64,000 nt of DNA, taken from the NCBI GenBank assembly GCA_964464605.1, contig CAYXJN010000004.1, positions 248,001 through 312,000 of the forward strand, read 5' to 3'. This document shows positions 38,001-48,026 of this stretch, one piece after another. Under the pieces are notes generated by a model. That model was not told where the DNA came from and made no database searches. It saw only the letters and a program-made list of their open reading frames with translations. The position numbers were made by a program, and so were the translations under genes. Each line of letters opens with the position of its first letter. The first letter of the stretch is position 1. The DNA is from an uncultured Ignavibacteriales bacterium (GTDB lineage: Bacteria > Zixibacteria > MSB-5A5 > GN15 > FEB-12).

Positions 38001-38004
38001 TTTG

Positions 38005-40074
38005 TTATGGTTGTTTTGTGAAAACTAAAGGAGGAATAGCGGATTTCCCGTTTCTTCCCAATAGCGTCAGCAGTTCAGGGTATTTTTCTTTTGGCTGTGT
38101 CGTTTGCTTGAGCGAAACGATCTGCTGAACCTGTACCCCGTCAGGCGTCGTCGACCAGTGATTGGTCACGGTTCCCAGTGAGGTTTCAGTTGTTTCCGAG
38201 TCGGGCAAGTCGGATAGCACCCATCCTGATGGAACCGCAAACGTTATGGTGCGCGTATACGTTACATTTTGATATATGACAACATCGTTGATGCGCTGTG
38301 TTGTTTCTCCGAGCAGCGTGTCATTCGTAAGCGGAAACATATCAGCCGTTTGAATAATCAGTTCTGACGGCGTTTGCGTTACCGCGTTGTGGAACGTGAT
38401 GTCAGATTCGGTAATAAACGGTTCATGATATATCGTATCGTTCGTCATGCGAATGGAATCAATCGAAAAAGCAAGGCCTCGGTATTTTATGCGAGTGCGC
38501 AGGCTGTCGATCTTTTCGTTCGGATGCAACTTCTTAAGCTGATAGCGGGTTAGGTAACCATCGCTGCCCGATATACTCGCTTTGTGGTGCATACGTAAAT
38601 CTCCGGCCTCCTCTACAGCGACAAAGAAGCTGTCGACATGAGTGGAACCGCTCTCGCTGTTTGCCGGTATGTTCCAGAGCCGTTTTTCAGCGTCTTTAGT
38701 GATGATTAAAGCATCTTGATTCTGGTATTGCGGCGGTATGAGTGGTGGGAGAAGGTGTGGATAAGCCGGAAAGAGTGTCAGATACTGAGTATCTAATTTT
38801 ACGCGCAGCGCCGGAAGGGCAAGTTGAGTATAACTGACATATTCAGGGTCAAAATATCCGGAATAGGCATCATGAGCCAACAGGTAATCAACGGTGAATC
38901 CCGCATGAATAAGCATCGCACGGGCAAGCGCCGTAACATCATAGGCGTTCCCTTTTTTCAATCGTAGTATCTTTGTGATATCAGCTTCGTATTGTCTGTT
39001 CGACATTTCAATCGTGCCGGAAATATAGGAAAGGATGCGGTTAACTTTGATAAGAGGTGAATCGGTAGGGCGGATAAGTGAGTCAACCAGCTTTTCCATT
39101 GTCCTTGAACGATTCCCGGACTTTTTAAGGTTAGATCGCCGGAAATCTCTGGCCAATGTATCCCATGATTGCCCTTGATTAACTGCTGGTCCTCCCATTT
39201 TCATGTATGTTACCTGTAGATTGAGTTGTTTTCGCACTGACCGATAATTTGGAGCGAATGGTTCAGCTCGAAACGCGGGAACATCGTTTGCACTGTAGGA
39301 TATGATCGTCCGATGTTCGGCTGTATCAGTCGTAACGTGCAGGGGAATGCTCTCGTTTGGTCCAAGCTGTCGCACGTTCACTTTCCACCATTCGGGATAC
39401 AGGTAGGTCACTTGTATTTGCCTGATTGGAATGAATAATTGTAAATTTATCGTTTCATTCAGTGGCCGAATATATTGCTGAGTCAACTCGTCTTGGTAAG
39501 CGATAGTAATAATGGTACCCGGAACAACTCGGGGAAATGCAAAATAGTAATCGGTGACTCCGTTGGTCGTTCTTTTTTTCATTTCAGAAGCAGTGTAGAG
39601 TTCTGCTTCACCGTTAGGATACTCGATTTGGAAATATCCTTTTTTCAGCTTAACAGGGAAGTCAAAAGTAGTTAGTTCGGTAAGTTCCGGTTTCAATATT
39701 AAATAGGTGTTTTTAACAATTACTGTGTATTGCCAGTTTTGGTTCCAATCTCCTAGTTTGAATTTATAGTCCGGCTTGGGCCAACGTGCTTTTGAACCGG
39801 AATGTTCAATAGAAACATCCACTGAGAGAATAACAGCAGGATATTCTTTGTAGCGTTCCATATAACTGGCAATGTCAGATGAGGATCTGGTGTTAACAGG
39901 TTCTGTTGGAATAGTCAATGATAACAAACGGTCGGCGAGGCTTGTCTCTGCAGTAACAAGTAGTATGATGCCAATGAGTAAACCCAGCTTTTTTACCAAA
40001 GCAGGTTGGCTTTTCAATATGATTTTGTCTTCCTGCACAATGAGAATAAAAACGGTTCCGTAACCAATAGTCAA
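38005..40074 (-). CDS. DUF3857 / transglutaminase-like protein lacking the catalytic Cys (start uncertain)
   Basis: FAFPRVVPGTIITIAY, VPAFRAEPFAP, ILRLKKGNAYDV; DUF3858-like C-terminus. Confidence 0.7.
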   Translation of the reverse strand: MTIGYGTVFILIVQEDKIILKSQPALVKKLGLLIGIILLVTAETSLADRLLSLTIPTEPVNTRSSSDIASYMERYKEYPAVILSVDVSIEHSGSKARWPKPDYKFKLGDWNQNWQYTVIVKNTYLILKPELTELTTFDFPVKLKKGYFQIEYPNGEAELYTASEMKKRTTNGVTDYYFAFPRVVPGTIITIAYQDELTQQYIRPLNETINLQLFIPIRQIQVTYLYPEWWKVNVRQLGPNESIPLHVTTDTAEHRTIISYSANDVPAFRAEPFAPNYRSVRKQLNLQVTYMKMGGPAVNQGQSWDTLARDFRRSNLKKSGNRSRTMEKLVDSLIRPTDSPLIKVNRILSYISGTIEMSNRQYEADITKILRLKKGNAYDVTALARAMLIHAGFTVDYLLAHDAYSGYFDPEYVSYTQLALPALRVKLDTQYLTLFPAYPHLLPPLIPPQYQNQDALIITKDAEKRLWNIPANSESGSTHVDSFFVAVEEAGDLRMHHKASISGSDGYLTRYQLKKLHPNEKIDSLRTRIKYRGLAFSIDSIRMTNDTIYHEPFITESDITFHNAVTQTPSELIIQTADMFPLTNDTLLGETTQRINDVVIYQNVTYTRTITFAVPSGWVLSDLPDSETTETSLGTVTNHWSTTPDGVQVQQIVSLKQTTQPKEKYPELLTLLGRNGKSAIPPLVFTKQP

Positions 40075-40092
40075 GTACGGGTGGCAGCTAAC

Positions 40093-40124
40093 AAAAAAAG
40101 CCGGTCATTGCTGACCGGCCTTTT
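40093..40124. terminator. Rho-independent terminator after the M16 pair (possibly bidirectional)
   Basis: A7-GCCGGTCA-ttgc-TGACCGGC-cTTTT. Confidence 0.8.
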
Positions 40125-40144
40125 GAAAGCAAGCTTGGCTTGTA

Positions 40145-42286
40145 TTATTCCGTCGGTTTATCGAATGAGCCGGCTGGTACCGGCGCATTAATCAACACTT
40201 CAGTATAGGCGATATTCGCATACTTCTGACCGTTCAACATCTGTGAACGAGCCATCGGCAGCTTGACGCCGCTGACCGCTTTGAAATCACTCATCGTTTC
40301 CGTAATCGTTCCCGGACCAAACGGTGTTTCGTCGTAGAAAGCATTACTCACGAGTGAAGAGGTCGTGCTGTTGAATCCGAGGCGGCAAAGCTGCTTACCG
40401 GCGAGATCAACAATCGCGACATACTCAACGGCGGTGCCGTTAACGTCACCGGAACCGTCATACACGGCCTGGTAGAACGGCTTGTCGGATGCGGCGAAGA
40501 TTTTCACGATGTCATGTTTGTCATCCTTATCACCGTCAGCGAAATCTTCCTCCGTCATCGGTACCAAGCCCATCGTTTGCTGATCGGTCTTCCAACCGGC
40601 AGCACCGTTGCGAATCTGATACATCTTACGACCCATGATTGTCATAACCTGGCGTTCCTGATTCGGAAGCACTTCGATGCTTTCGAAAGTGATCGGGAAA
40701 TCACCCTGTGGGGTAGAGATGGTAAAGGTACCTTTTTCGCTTACGGATTTAATCTTCTGGAAATTGGCCAAGCCGCCATGAGCTTTGATACCTTTGGCGA
40801 GCAGGTCTTTTCCTTTTTTCAGCGTTTCATCGTTGATGGTCAGCGTCTGAATCTCTTCCGCCGCTGGGATCGTAATATCGATAGGAGTTACCGCACCTAA
40901 GCCGAGCTGGTCGAGCGGCATTTCAAAATCGCTTCCTTTACCGACAACAAGAACGCGGAGCGCATCTGGACGAAGGTTCTTTTTGGCCGCGGCGACAACG
41001 TCGGCAGCCGTCACTTTTTCTACATTCTCTTTTTCCTTCTGGAGGAAATCTTCAGGGAGGTTGTAGAAATCATACGTCATCATGCGGTTGATAACTTCAC
41101 CTTTGGAGTCGAAGTTAAACACGAACGAGTTCAAGTAGCCGTCCTTACCGAGCACCATTTCTTCCGCTGTCGGTGGGTTGGTCTGCATGCCTTCGATCTG
41201 CTTAATCAGTTCTTTGACCGTTTTGGCAGTCGTTTCTGATTTGGTAGAAGCGAAGTTGTAGAAGACACCCGGATACTTGATGTTCGCGGTATAGACGCCG
41301 AACACAGCGTATGCAAGGCCTTCTTTTGAGCGCACGTTCGAGAACAAGCGGCTGGCGAATGAACCGCCGAGAATATTGTTCATCACGATCAAAGCGGGAT
41401 AATCCGGAGCAGTCTGCCAACCGCCGATATGACCGACGTAAATGTTGGACTGATTGACGTCGTTCTTTTCCGCGTAAAATACCTGCTTGTCGAAATTGTA
41501 GGTAACTTCCGGAAGCGGCGGGACGGGAATATTTCCTTTCGCCCAGTCGCCGAAGTATTTTTTGACCTTTTCGATCATCGCCGCATTTTCAAAATCCCCC
41601 CAGACCGCCAACTGGATGTTTTCCGGATGGAGATACTGTTTATGAAATGCCATCAGATCTTCACGGGTGACCGAGTTGATCGAGTTGTATTCCATATGGC
41701 GGGCATAGACGGATTTTTCACCATAGATGACTTTATTGAATTCACGGCCGCCGACATCCTGCGGGTCATCATTACGGCGTGAAATCGCCGAGCGTAACTG
41801 TACTTTTTCGAGTTCAATCTTATCCTGATCGAACACCGGGCGGCGGAGCACTTCGGCCAGGACTTCGAGGCCGAGATCAGCATATTCGCTGAGTACGTTC
41901 ACCGATGCGCTTCCGGAAGTGCGGCCGATTCCAGTTTCAACGGAACCACCGACCGCTTCCAAAGCAGCGTCGATTTCATCGCCGGTCCATTTGGATGTTC
42001 CGCCGGTACGGAGCAGATCGCCGGTCATTTCGGCCAAGCCGACTTTGTCTTCGGGATCAAGATAACCGCCGCAGTTGATGCGAACGGAGGCGTTGAATAC
42101 CGGCAGGCTTTTATCCTGCAGCAAATAAAGACGGATGCCGTTATCGAGCGTAACTTTCTCGACTTTCGGTATAGTAAGCGGATTCAAGGGCGGGTATTTG
42201 AGTTTATCTACCGCCTGAGCAAACAGCGCGTTCGTTGCCAGTGCAAGCGTAAGCGCCGCAAACAGAATGGTGCGAATTGTTTTCAT
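40145..42286 (-). CDS. M16 (insulinase/pitrilysin) peptidase, non-catalytic subunit with C-terminal extension
   Basis: TLDNGIRLYL, GLAEMTGDLL in place of HxxEH, NNILGGSFASRLF..VRSKEGLAY. Confidence 0.88.
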   Translation of the reverse strand: MKTIRTILFAALTLALATNALFAQAVDKLKYPPLNPLTIPKVEKVTLDNGIRLYLLQDKSLPVFNASVRINCGGYLDPEDKVGLAEMTGDLLRTGGTSKWTGDEIDAALEAVGGSVETGIGRTSGSASVNVLSEYADLGLEVLAEVLRRPVFDQDKIELEKVQLRSAISRRNDDPQDVGGREFNKVIYGEKSVYARHMEYNSINSVTREDLMAFHKQYLHPENIQLAVWGDFENAAMIEKVKKYFGDWAKGNIPVPPLPEVTYNFDKQVFYAEKNDVNQSNIYVGHIGGWQTAPDYPALIVMNNILGGSFASRLFSNVRSKEGLAYAVFGVYTANIKYPGVFYNFASTKSETTAKTVKELIKQIEGMQTNPPTAEEMVLGKDGYLNSFVFNFDSKGEVINRMMTYDFYNLPEDFLQKEKENVEKVTAADVVAAAKKNLRPDALRVLVVGKGSDFEMPLDQLGLGAVTPIDITIPAAEEIQTLTINDETLKKGKDLLAKGIKAHGGLANFQKIKSVSEKGTFTISTPQGDFPITFESIEVLPNQERQVMTIMGRKMYQIRNGAAGWKTDQQTMGLVPMTEEDFADGDKDDKHDIVKIFAASDKPFYQAVYDGSGDVNGTAVEYVAIVDLAGKQLCRLGFNSTTSSLVSNAFYDETPFGPGTITETMSDFKAVSGVKLPMARSQMLNGQKYANIAYTEVLINAPVPAGSFDKPTE

Positions 42287-42307
42287 GATATTCTGTTTAC
42301 TCCTTCC

Positions 42308-43816
42308 TTAGCTTTGCACGGTTTTAAGTACGCCGACAACACGATTGGTGGGGACCAAATACTGCTTGGCCACACGCTGTATATCTTCGGCAGTGACTTT
42401 GTTAATGCGATCATATTTGCGGAACATTTCGCGCCAATTTCCCCAGAGCGTCTGGTATGAGCAGAGCTGAAGGGCAAGGCCGGTGTTGCTGTCCATTTCA
42501 CCAATGAACTGTGCTTTGGCGCGGGCTTTAATTTTTTCTACCTCTTCCGCCGGCAGCAGTTCATTGCGAAGTTTTTCGACTTCGGCGAAAATCTGCGCTT
42601 CACACTCTTCGTTGGTGTGATTGGTAGCAGGAAAAGCATAGGCCGCAATCATCGTAGGATATTTTTCACCCGGGAAATCAGGAAAAGCACCGACTTGCGA
42701 GGCAATTTTCTTTTCCTTTACCAAATTCTTGTACAACAGGGAAGTACGTCCGGAACCGAGGTAATCGATCAAGGCGTACAGTGCCGGCATATCGGGATGG
42801 GTCGCATCCGGAACGTGCCAGCCTACCAGGTACAACGGCTGTGACGGATCTTCAATTGTTACGCGGCGTTCTCCGGCTTGCTGCGGCTCAATGGTAGCGA
42901 TCCGTTCCGGTGCAGGGCGGTAGGGGATACGTCCCCAATATTTTTCCGCGAGTTTAATGACTTCAGCTGTCTTTACATCGCCGACAATAGCGATGACTAA
43001 GTTCGACGGACCGTAATACTTCTTGAAAAACACATCCGCTTCAGCGCGTGAGTAATACTGAATATCGGTCATGTGGCCGATTCCGGAAACGCCATATGGG
43101 TGCGCTTTGTACGCGGCAGACAAAAATTCTTCAACCAGTTTGCCGACCGGATTCGATTCGGTACGCATGCGGCGTTCTTCCGCGACAACATCCCGTTCCT
43201 TGTACATTTCACGAAGGACCGGATTCAGGAAGCGTTCTGATTCAAGCGCCATCCAGAGTTCAACGCGGTTGGAGGGAAGTGAGAAGAAGTAGACGGTCGC
43301 ATCGTTAGAGGTAAAGGCATTCAGGCCGACGCCACCTTCACGTTCAATGACACCACCGAATTCATTCGGCTTAACCAGTTCGTAGGAGGTTTCCCGTGCT
43401 TTTTCGTATGATTCAGTTAATGCTTTCACTTTGGCTGAATCGGAAAAGCGGCCTTTGTTCCGTTCGGCGCGAAGCTGCATAAAAATGGAATCTTCCACTT
43501 TGATGGCGGCGATTTCTTTTTTGATGTCTTTGGTGCCGAGGGTGGTAGTGCCCTTGAATGCCATATGTTCAAACATATGGGCGATACCGGTGTACCCCTT
43601 CGGGTCATCAACGGAACCGACATTTGCCCAGGTCGTAAACGAGACGACCGGTGCATCATGCCGTTCCAATACTAAAACGGTCAGACCGTTTTTTAGTTTG
43701 TGCTCGGTTACCGACTTTTCAAGCGTCGAGAAATCGAAACTTGAAACAGCGGTAGCCGAAAGCAGAGCCAGAGCGGTGACAATGGATGTCAACCGTCCGA
43801 TGGTGCTGCGTTTCAT
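42308..43816 (-). CDS. M16 peptidase, catalytic subunit
   Basis: AGGAGG RBS; signal peptide; GIAHMFEHMAFKGT, NAFTS, EERRMR, HPY. Confidence 0.92.
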   Translation of the reverse strand: MKRSTIGRLTSIVTALALLSATAVSSFDFSTLEKSVTEHKLKNGLTVLVLERHDAPVVSFTTWANVGSVDDPKGYTGIAHMFEHMAFKGTTTLGTKDIKKEIAAIKVEDSIFMQLRAERNKGRFSDSAKVKALTESYEKARETSYELVKPNEFGGVIEREGGVGLNAFTSNDATVYFFSLPSNRVELWMALESERFLNPVLREMYKERDVVAEERRMRTESNPVGKLVEEFLSAAYKAHPYGVSGIGHMTDIQYYSRAEADVFFKKYYGPSNLVIAIVGDVKTAEVIKLAEKYWGRIPYRPAPERIATIEPQQAGERRVTIEDPSQPLYLVGWHVPDATHPDMPALYALIDYLGSGRTSLLYKNLVKEKKIASQVGAFPDFPGEKYPTMIAAYAFPATNHTNEECEAQIFAEVEKLRNELLPAEEVEKIKARAKAQFIGEMDSNTGLALQLCSYQTLWGNWREMFRKYDRINKVTAEDIQRVAKQYLVPTNRVVGVLKTVQS

Positions 43817-43973
43817 TCTGTTCCTCCTAAACGGAATTATATGGTTGGTATGTATCATTTGCATGTAATGGGGTGAATAAATCGTGACTGGGCGAGTAAG
43901 TCAAGCGAGACGCAAGCCGAACGGCCGCAATACCTTAGGCGGTGAGGTGCCGGATAAACAGACTACTCCACTG

Positions 43974-44003
43974 CTAAATACGATATGACGCAGAAATTGT
44001 TTC
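43974..44003 (-). promoter_or_regulatory. Putative ECF promoter of the M16 operon
   Basis: Minus strand GAAAC-16 nt-CGTATTTAG. Confidence 0.55.
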
Positions 44004-44050
44004 GAAAAATCGAGTGCTGAAAATGAAATTGCCAAATACGACGCGTTCGT

Positions 44051-46618
44051 TTAGTTCCACCAGCTGATGAGCTTCGGGCGGAAAGGATGAGGAAGCAGAT
44101 TATTTTTCGGGATAATGCGGGCTGCTATACCGAACCGGCCGGATTCATCGCAGCCGACTTCAGTTTCGAATGTGTAGGTTCCCGGTGCGTGGCCGTTTTG
44201 ATATGAGGCTAAATGCGTCGTGATTGGTTTCGGCTGACGAATTTGTTCCTGTGAGTCGAGTTTACCGGCGACGATTTCGACCTGCACATCTTCCGGCCTG
44301 ATTTCACCGAGGTTGACATCAATATGTACCGGAATTTTCTGTCCGACCGTTAATGTCGCATCGACTTCCGGAAAGCGAATATCGGTAATTGCCAGCTGAC
44401 GCCAGCTTTCGCTCATCCGTTCCAGCCAGTTAGTCAGTTCTTTCGTTTGTGCGTACTGGTTTTCCTGCATCAGCTTGGCGCTGGTTAACGCGGAGACATA
44501 AAATTGTTCGGCGTAATTGCGCAGCATGTTTTGAGATGAAAAATGAATTCCCGCCATGCTGATAGCGGCTTTCATTCTTCCGATCCATGCTTCCGGAATA
44601 TCAAGGTTGTTGCGCTGATAGAAGAGCGGGATAATTTCTTTCTCGAGCGTATCATACAATGATTCACCGTCGAATCTATCCTGCACTTCCAAATTGCCGT
44701 ATTCTTCACCGTTACCGATACGGAAACCGGTCATGTCGTCATATCCCTCCACCCACCACCCGTCGAGCACGGAGAAATTCAATGCGCCATTAAGCGCGGC
44801 TTTCATGCCTGAGGTACCCGAGGCTTCCAGCGGACGGCGCGGATTGTTGAGCCAGACGTCGCAGCCCTGAACTAAATAGCGCGCGATGTTGATGTCGTAA
44901 TCTTCCAAGAAGACAATCTTCATCCGGAAACGATCCTGCTGGCAGAAGGAATAGATCTGTTTGATGATATCTTTGCCCGGTGTGTCAAGCGGGTGTGCCT
45001 TACCGGCAATCAAAATCTGTACCGGCTTATCGGCATGCGACAAAATCCGGTGTAAGCGGTCGGGATCACTAAAGAGCAAATTACCACGCTTGTATGTCGC
45101 AAAGCGGCGGGCGAAACCGATAGTCAACACACGCGGGTCGAGCAGTTGATCCGCTTTCGCGATTTCCGATGCGCCCTGGCCGCGACGTTCAAGCCGTGAT
45201 TTTAACAGTTTGCGTGAGAAGAATACCAGCCGTTCACGGCGGCGATTGTGAATCCGCCAAAGTTCTCCATCGGGAATAGAGGACATTTTGTCCCATACTT
45301 CCTGCGGCTTATCGCTTTGCCAATAGCTTTGTCCAAGATACGATTCAAACAACTCATTCATATCATGGCTGACCCATGTCGGTACATGCACACCGTTGGT
45401 TATTGCCTTGATAGGAACCTCTTCTCGCGGCAAATTCGGCCAGATATTTTGCCACATCTCCCGTGACACTTTGCCATGCAGTTGCGAAACGCCGTTGGCA
45501 TAGGCAGAGGTGCGTAAGGCAGCGACGGTCATACCAAACTGTTCGTTGCTGTCGTCGGGGAAAACCCGGCCGATGCGCAAAAACTCTTCCCAGCTGATTC
45601 CGAGCTGTTCGATATACGTGCCGAGATATCGCTGCAAAAGAGCGGCATCGAAACCTTCATTACCGGCTGGCACTGGGGTATGCGTGGTAAAAATGGTTGT
45701 CGACCAGATAAATTGCAGCGCTTCTTTGAATGAAAGATTTTGTTCCTGCGTCAGTGTGCGAATCCGCTCCAAGGTCAAAAACCAGGAGTGTCCTTCGTTG
45801 ATATGATAAATCGACGGGCGAATACCGAGCGCTTTCAGCGCCCGTGCGCCGCCGATACCGAGCACGATTTCCTGTCGGGCGCGCATATCTTTGTCGCCGC
45901 CGTAGAGCACTGATGAAATTTCACGAAACTTCGATGAATTTTCCGGAATGTTGGTATCCAACAAATAAAGCGGAACAACACCGACATTCACTTTCCAGAT
46001 TTGTATCAACACTGGAGCGCCATCCATTTCGACTTGTACGCGGATGGGAACGCCGGATTCATCTTTGACGATTTCAACCGGCATCTGATACCAGTCATTT
46101 TCTTCGTACCGTTCCTGCTGCCAGCCGTCTGATGAGAGTGTCTGGCGGAAATAGCCGTAACGGTACATAAGACCGACGGCGACCATCGGAATACCGAGAT
46201 CGGAACCGGCTTTTAAAGTATCGCCGGAAAGAACGCCAAGACCGCCTGAGTAGACAGGCAGTCCGGTATCGAGGCCGTATTCCATGGAGAAATAGGCAAC
46301 CGTGCTATCGAACAGATGCGGATAATTATTCTCAAACCATTTTTTGCTGCGAAGATATTGCTGGTAATCATTGTAGACACGGTCAAGATGAGCGATAAAG
46401 CTTTCATCTTCCGTCGCCTGACGTAACCGTTCCTGTGGGATTTGCGAGAGCATCGCCACCGGATTCTGGTGGCAGCGTTCCCAGGTATCGGCATCAAGTC
46501 TGATAAACAGGCGTACCAATTCCCAATTCCAGGAATACCATAAGTTATGGGCTAACTCCTGAAGCTTGAGTATTCGATCCGGCAGTTTAGGCAGGACTAA
46601 AAATTGCTTTACCCGCAT
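44051..46618 (-). CDS. glgP: Alpha-glucan (glycogen/maltodextrin) phosphorylase
   Basis: YFSMEYGL, YSGGLGVLSGD, INEGH, FTTHTPVPAG, ARRFATYKR, EASGTSGMKA. Confidence 0.96.
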   Translation of the reverse strand: MRVKQFLVLPKLPDRILKLQELAHNLWYSWNWELVRLFIRLDADTWERCHQNPVAMLSQIPQERLRQATEDESFIAHLDRVYNDYQQYLRSKKWFENNYPHLFDSTVAYFSMEYGLDTGLPVYSGGLGVLSGDTLKAGSDLGIPMVAVGLMYRYGYFRQTLSSDGWQQERYEENDWYQMPVEIVKDESGVPIRVQVEMDGAPVLIQIWKVNVGVVPLYLLDTNIPENSSKFREISSVLYGGDKDMRARQEIVLGIGGARALKALGIRPSIYHINEGHSWFLTLERIRTLTQEQNLSFKEALQFIWSTTIFTTHTPVPAGNEGFDAALLQRYLGTYIEQLGISWEEFLRIGRVFPDDSNEQFGMTVAALRTSAYANGVSQLHGKVSREMWQNIWPNLPREEVPIKAITNGVHVPTWVSHDMNELFESYLGQSYWQSDKPQEVWDKMSSIPDGELWRIHNRRRERLVFFSRKLLKSRLERRGQGASEIAKADQLLDPRVLTIGFARRFATYKRGNLLFSDPDRLHRILSHADKPVQILIAGKAHPLDTPGKDIIKQIYSFCQQDRFRMKIVFLEDYDINIARYLVQGCDVWLNNPRRPLEASGTSGMKAALNGALNFSVLDGWWVEGYDDMTGFRIGNGEEYGNLEVQDRFDGESLYDTLEKEIIPLFYQRNNLDIPEAWIGRMKAAISMAGIHFSSQNMLRNYAEQFYVSALTSAKLMQENQYAQTKELTNWLERMSESWRQLAITDIRFPEVDATLTVGQKIPVHIDVNLGEIRPEDVQVEIVAGKLDSQEQIRQPKPITTHLASYQNGHAPGTYTFETEVGCDESGRFGIAARIIPKNNLLPHPFRPKLISWWN

Positions 46619-46838
46619 ATCCGCTTACTTCCCTGTAAATGCATACTTACACATGGTACACATCAGTATCGCCCATTTCAAGCATAACTATACTCATTTC
46701 TTGCTGTCGGTTGTTTCACTATGGGACAGGGGATAAAAACAGTCGGAAATAGTTGTTGAGCAGGGCAAAGAATGCGACATATTGTCGTAATGCTCTCAAC
46801 GGCTGGCCAAAGTAGCCGATACAAATGCGGAGACAACT

Positions 46839-47999
46839 ATGCAAAGAAAGATTAAGCGAATAGGTGTATTGACAGGCGGCGGCGACTGCCCCGGCCTGAA
46901 TGCGGTTATCCGGGCAGTGGTCAAAACCGCGTACAATGAATACGGCATTGAAACGATCGGCTTCATGGACGGCTATGAAGGCTTGGTCGAAGGGAGATAC
47001 CGTGATTTACACGTTCGTGAAATTTCCGGTCTGTTGTCGCAGGGAGGGACAGTTCTCGGTACGTCCAATCGTGCCGATCCGTTCCGGTATCCGTCACTTG
47101 ACGGTGACAACTGGGTCTATCAGGACCGTTCCGAACAATGCCTGCGTCATTTCGAATCATTAGGGCTTGATGCGCTCATAGCAATCGGCGGTGACGGTAC
47201 GATGGCTGCTTCATCCGGCCTGGCCAAAAAAGGAATTCCGATTGTCGGCGTTCCCAAAACGATTGATAATGACTTAGACGGGACCGATGTCACCTTTGGT
47301 TTTGATTCGGCTTTAAGCGTTGCGACCGAAGCCATCGATAGAATTCACACCACCGCGCAATCGCATCACCGGGTAATGATTATCGAAGTAATGGGACGTT
47401 ACGCCGGATGGCTCGCTTTGTATTCCGGAATGGCGGCGGGTGGAGATATAATTCTGATACCGGAAATCCCGTATGATATCGATGCTATTTGCAATCAGGT
47501 AAAAAAACGGAGTTCGGTCGGTAAAAATTTCTCGATCGTTATCGTCGGCGAAGGAGCCAAACCGTTCGGCGGGCAGTTGGTTGTCGCGCGGAAAGTGAAA
47601 AACTCCCCCGATGCTATAAGGCTCGGCGGTATTTCGCATCAGGTTGCCGCACAGATTGAAGGAATCACCAATATCGAATGTCGTGTGACTATTCTCGGTC
47701 ACTTATTGCGCGGCGGTTCTCCGACCGCGTTCGATAGAATTTTAGCTACTCGTTTCGGCGTTGAAGCGGTTCATCGCGTCGTGAACGGGGAAACCAATCG
47801 CATGGTTTCTTTGCGCGGGACAAATATCACGACCGTGCCGATAGCCGATGTCGCCGGGAAAACACGCTTAGTTACGCCGGATCATCCGGTCGTCAAAGCT
47901 GCTCTTTCGTTAGGTGTTTGTTTGGGTAATCCGCCGGAAATCGGCCTGGAAGAGTATTACGAAACAGCCAACGCCCAAGAACAGATTGCTGTTCAGTAA
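46839..47999 (+). CDS. pfkA: 6-phosphofructokinase
   Basis: TGGGDCPGLN, GGTVLGTS, IGGDGT, PKTIDND, EVMGR, LGHLLRGG. Confidence 0.93.
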   Translation: MQRKIKRIGVLTGGGDCPGLNAVIRAVVKTAYNEYGIETIGFMDGYEGLVEGRYRDLHVREISGLLSQGGTVLGTSNRADPFRYPSLDGDNWVYQDRSEQCLRHFESLGLDALIAIGGDGTMAASSGLAKKGIPIVGVPKTIDNDLDGTDVTFGFDSALSVATEAIDRIHTTAQSHHRVMIIEVMGRYAGWLALYSGMAAGGDIILIPEIPYDIDAICNQVKKRSSVGKNFSIVIVGEGAKPFGGQLVVARKVKNSPDAIRLGGISHQVAAQIEGITNIECRVTILGHLLRGGSPTAFDRILATRFGVEAVHRVVNGETNRMVSLRGTNITTVPIADVAGKTRLVTPDHPVVKAALSLGVCLGNPPEIGLEEYYETANAQEQIAVQ

Positions 48000-48026
48000 T
48001 CATAATACTTCGTATCTTCTGCCCGC

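Noticed and set aside
43817..43973. Riboswitch in the M16 leader
   Set aside because: Some pairing potential but no match to any riboswitch I recognise; an Rfam scan would be needed
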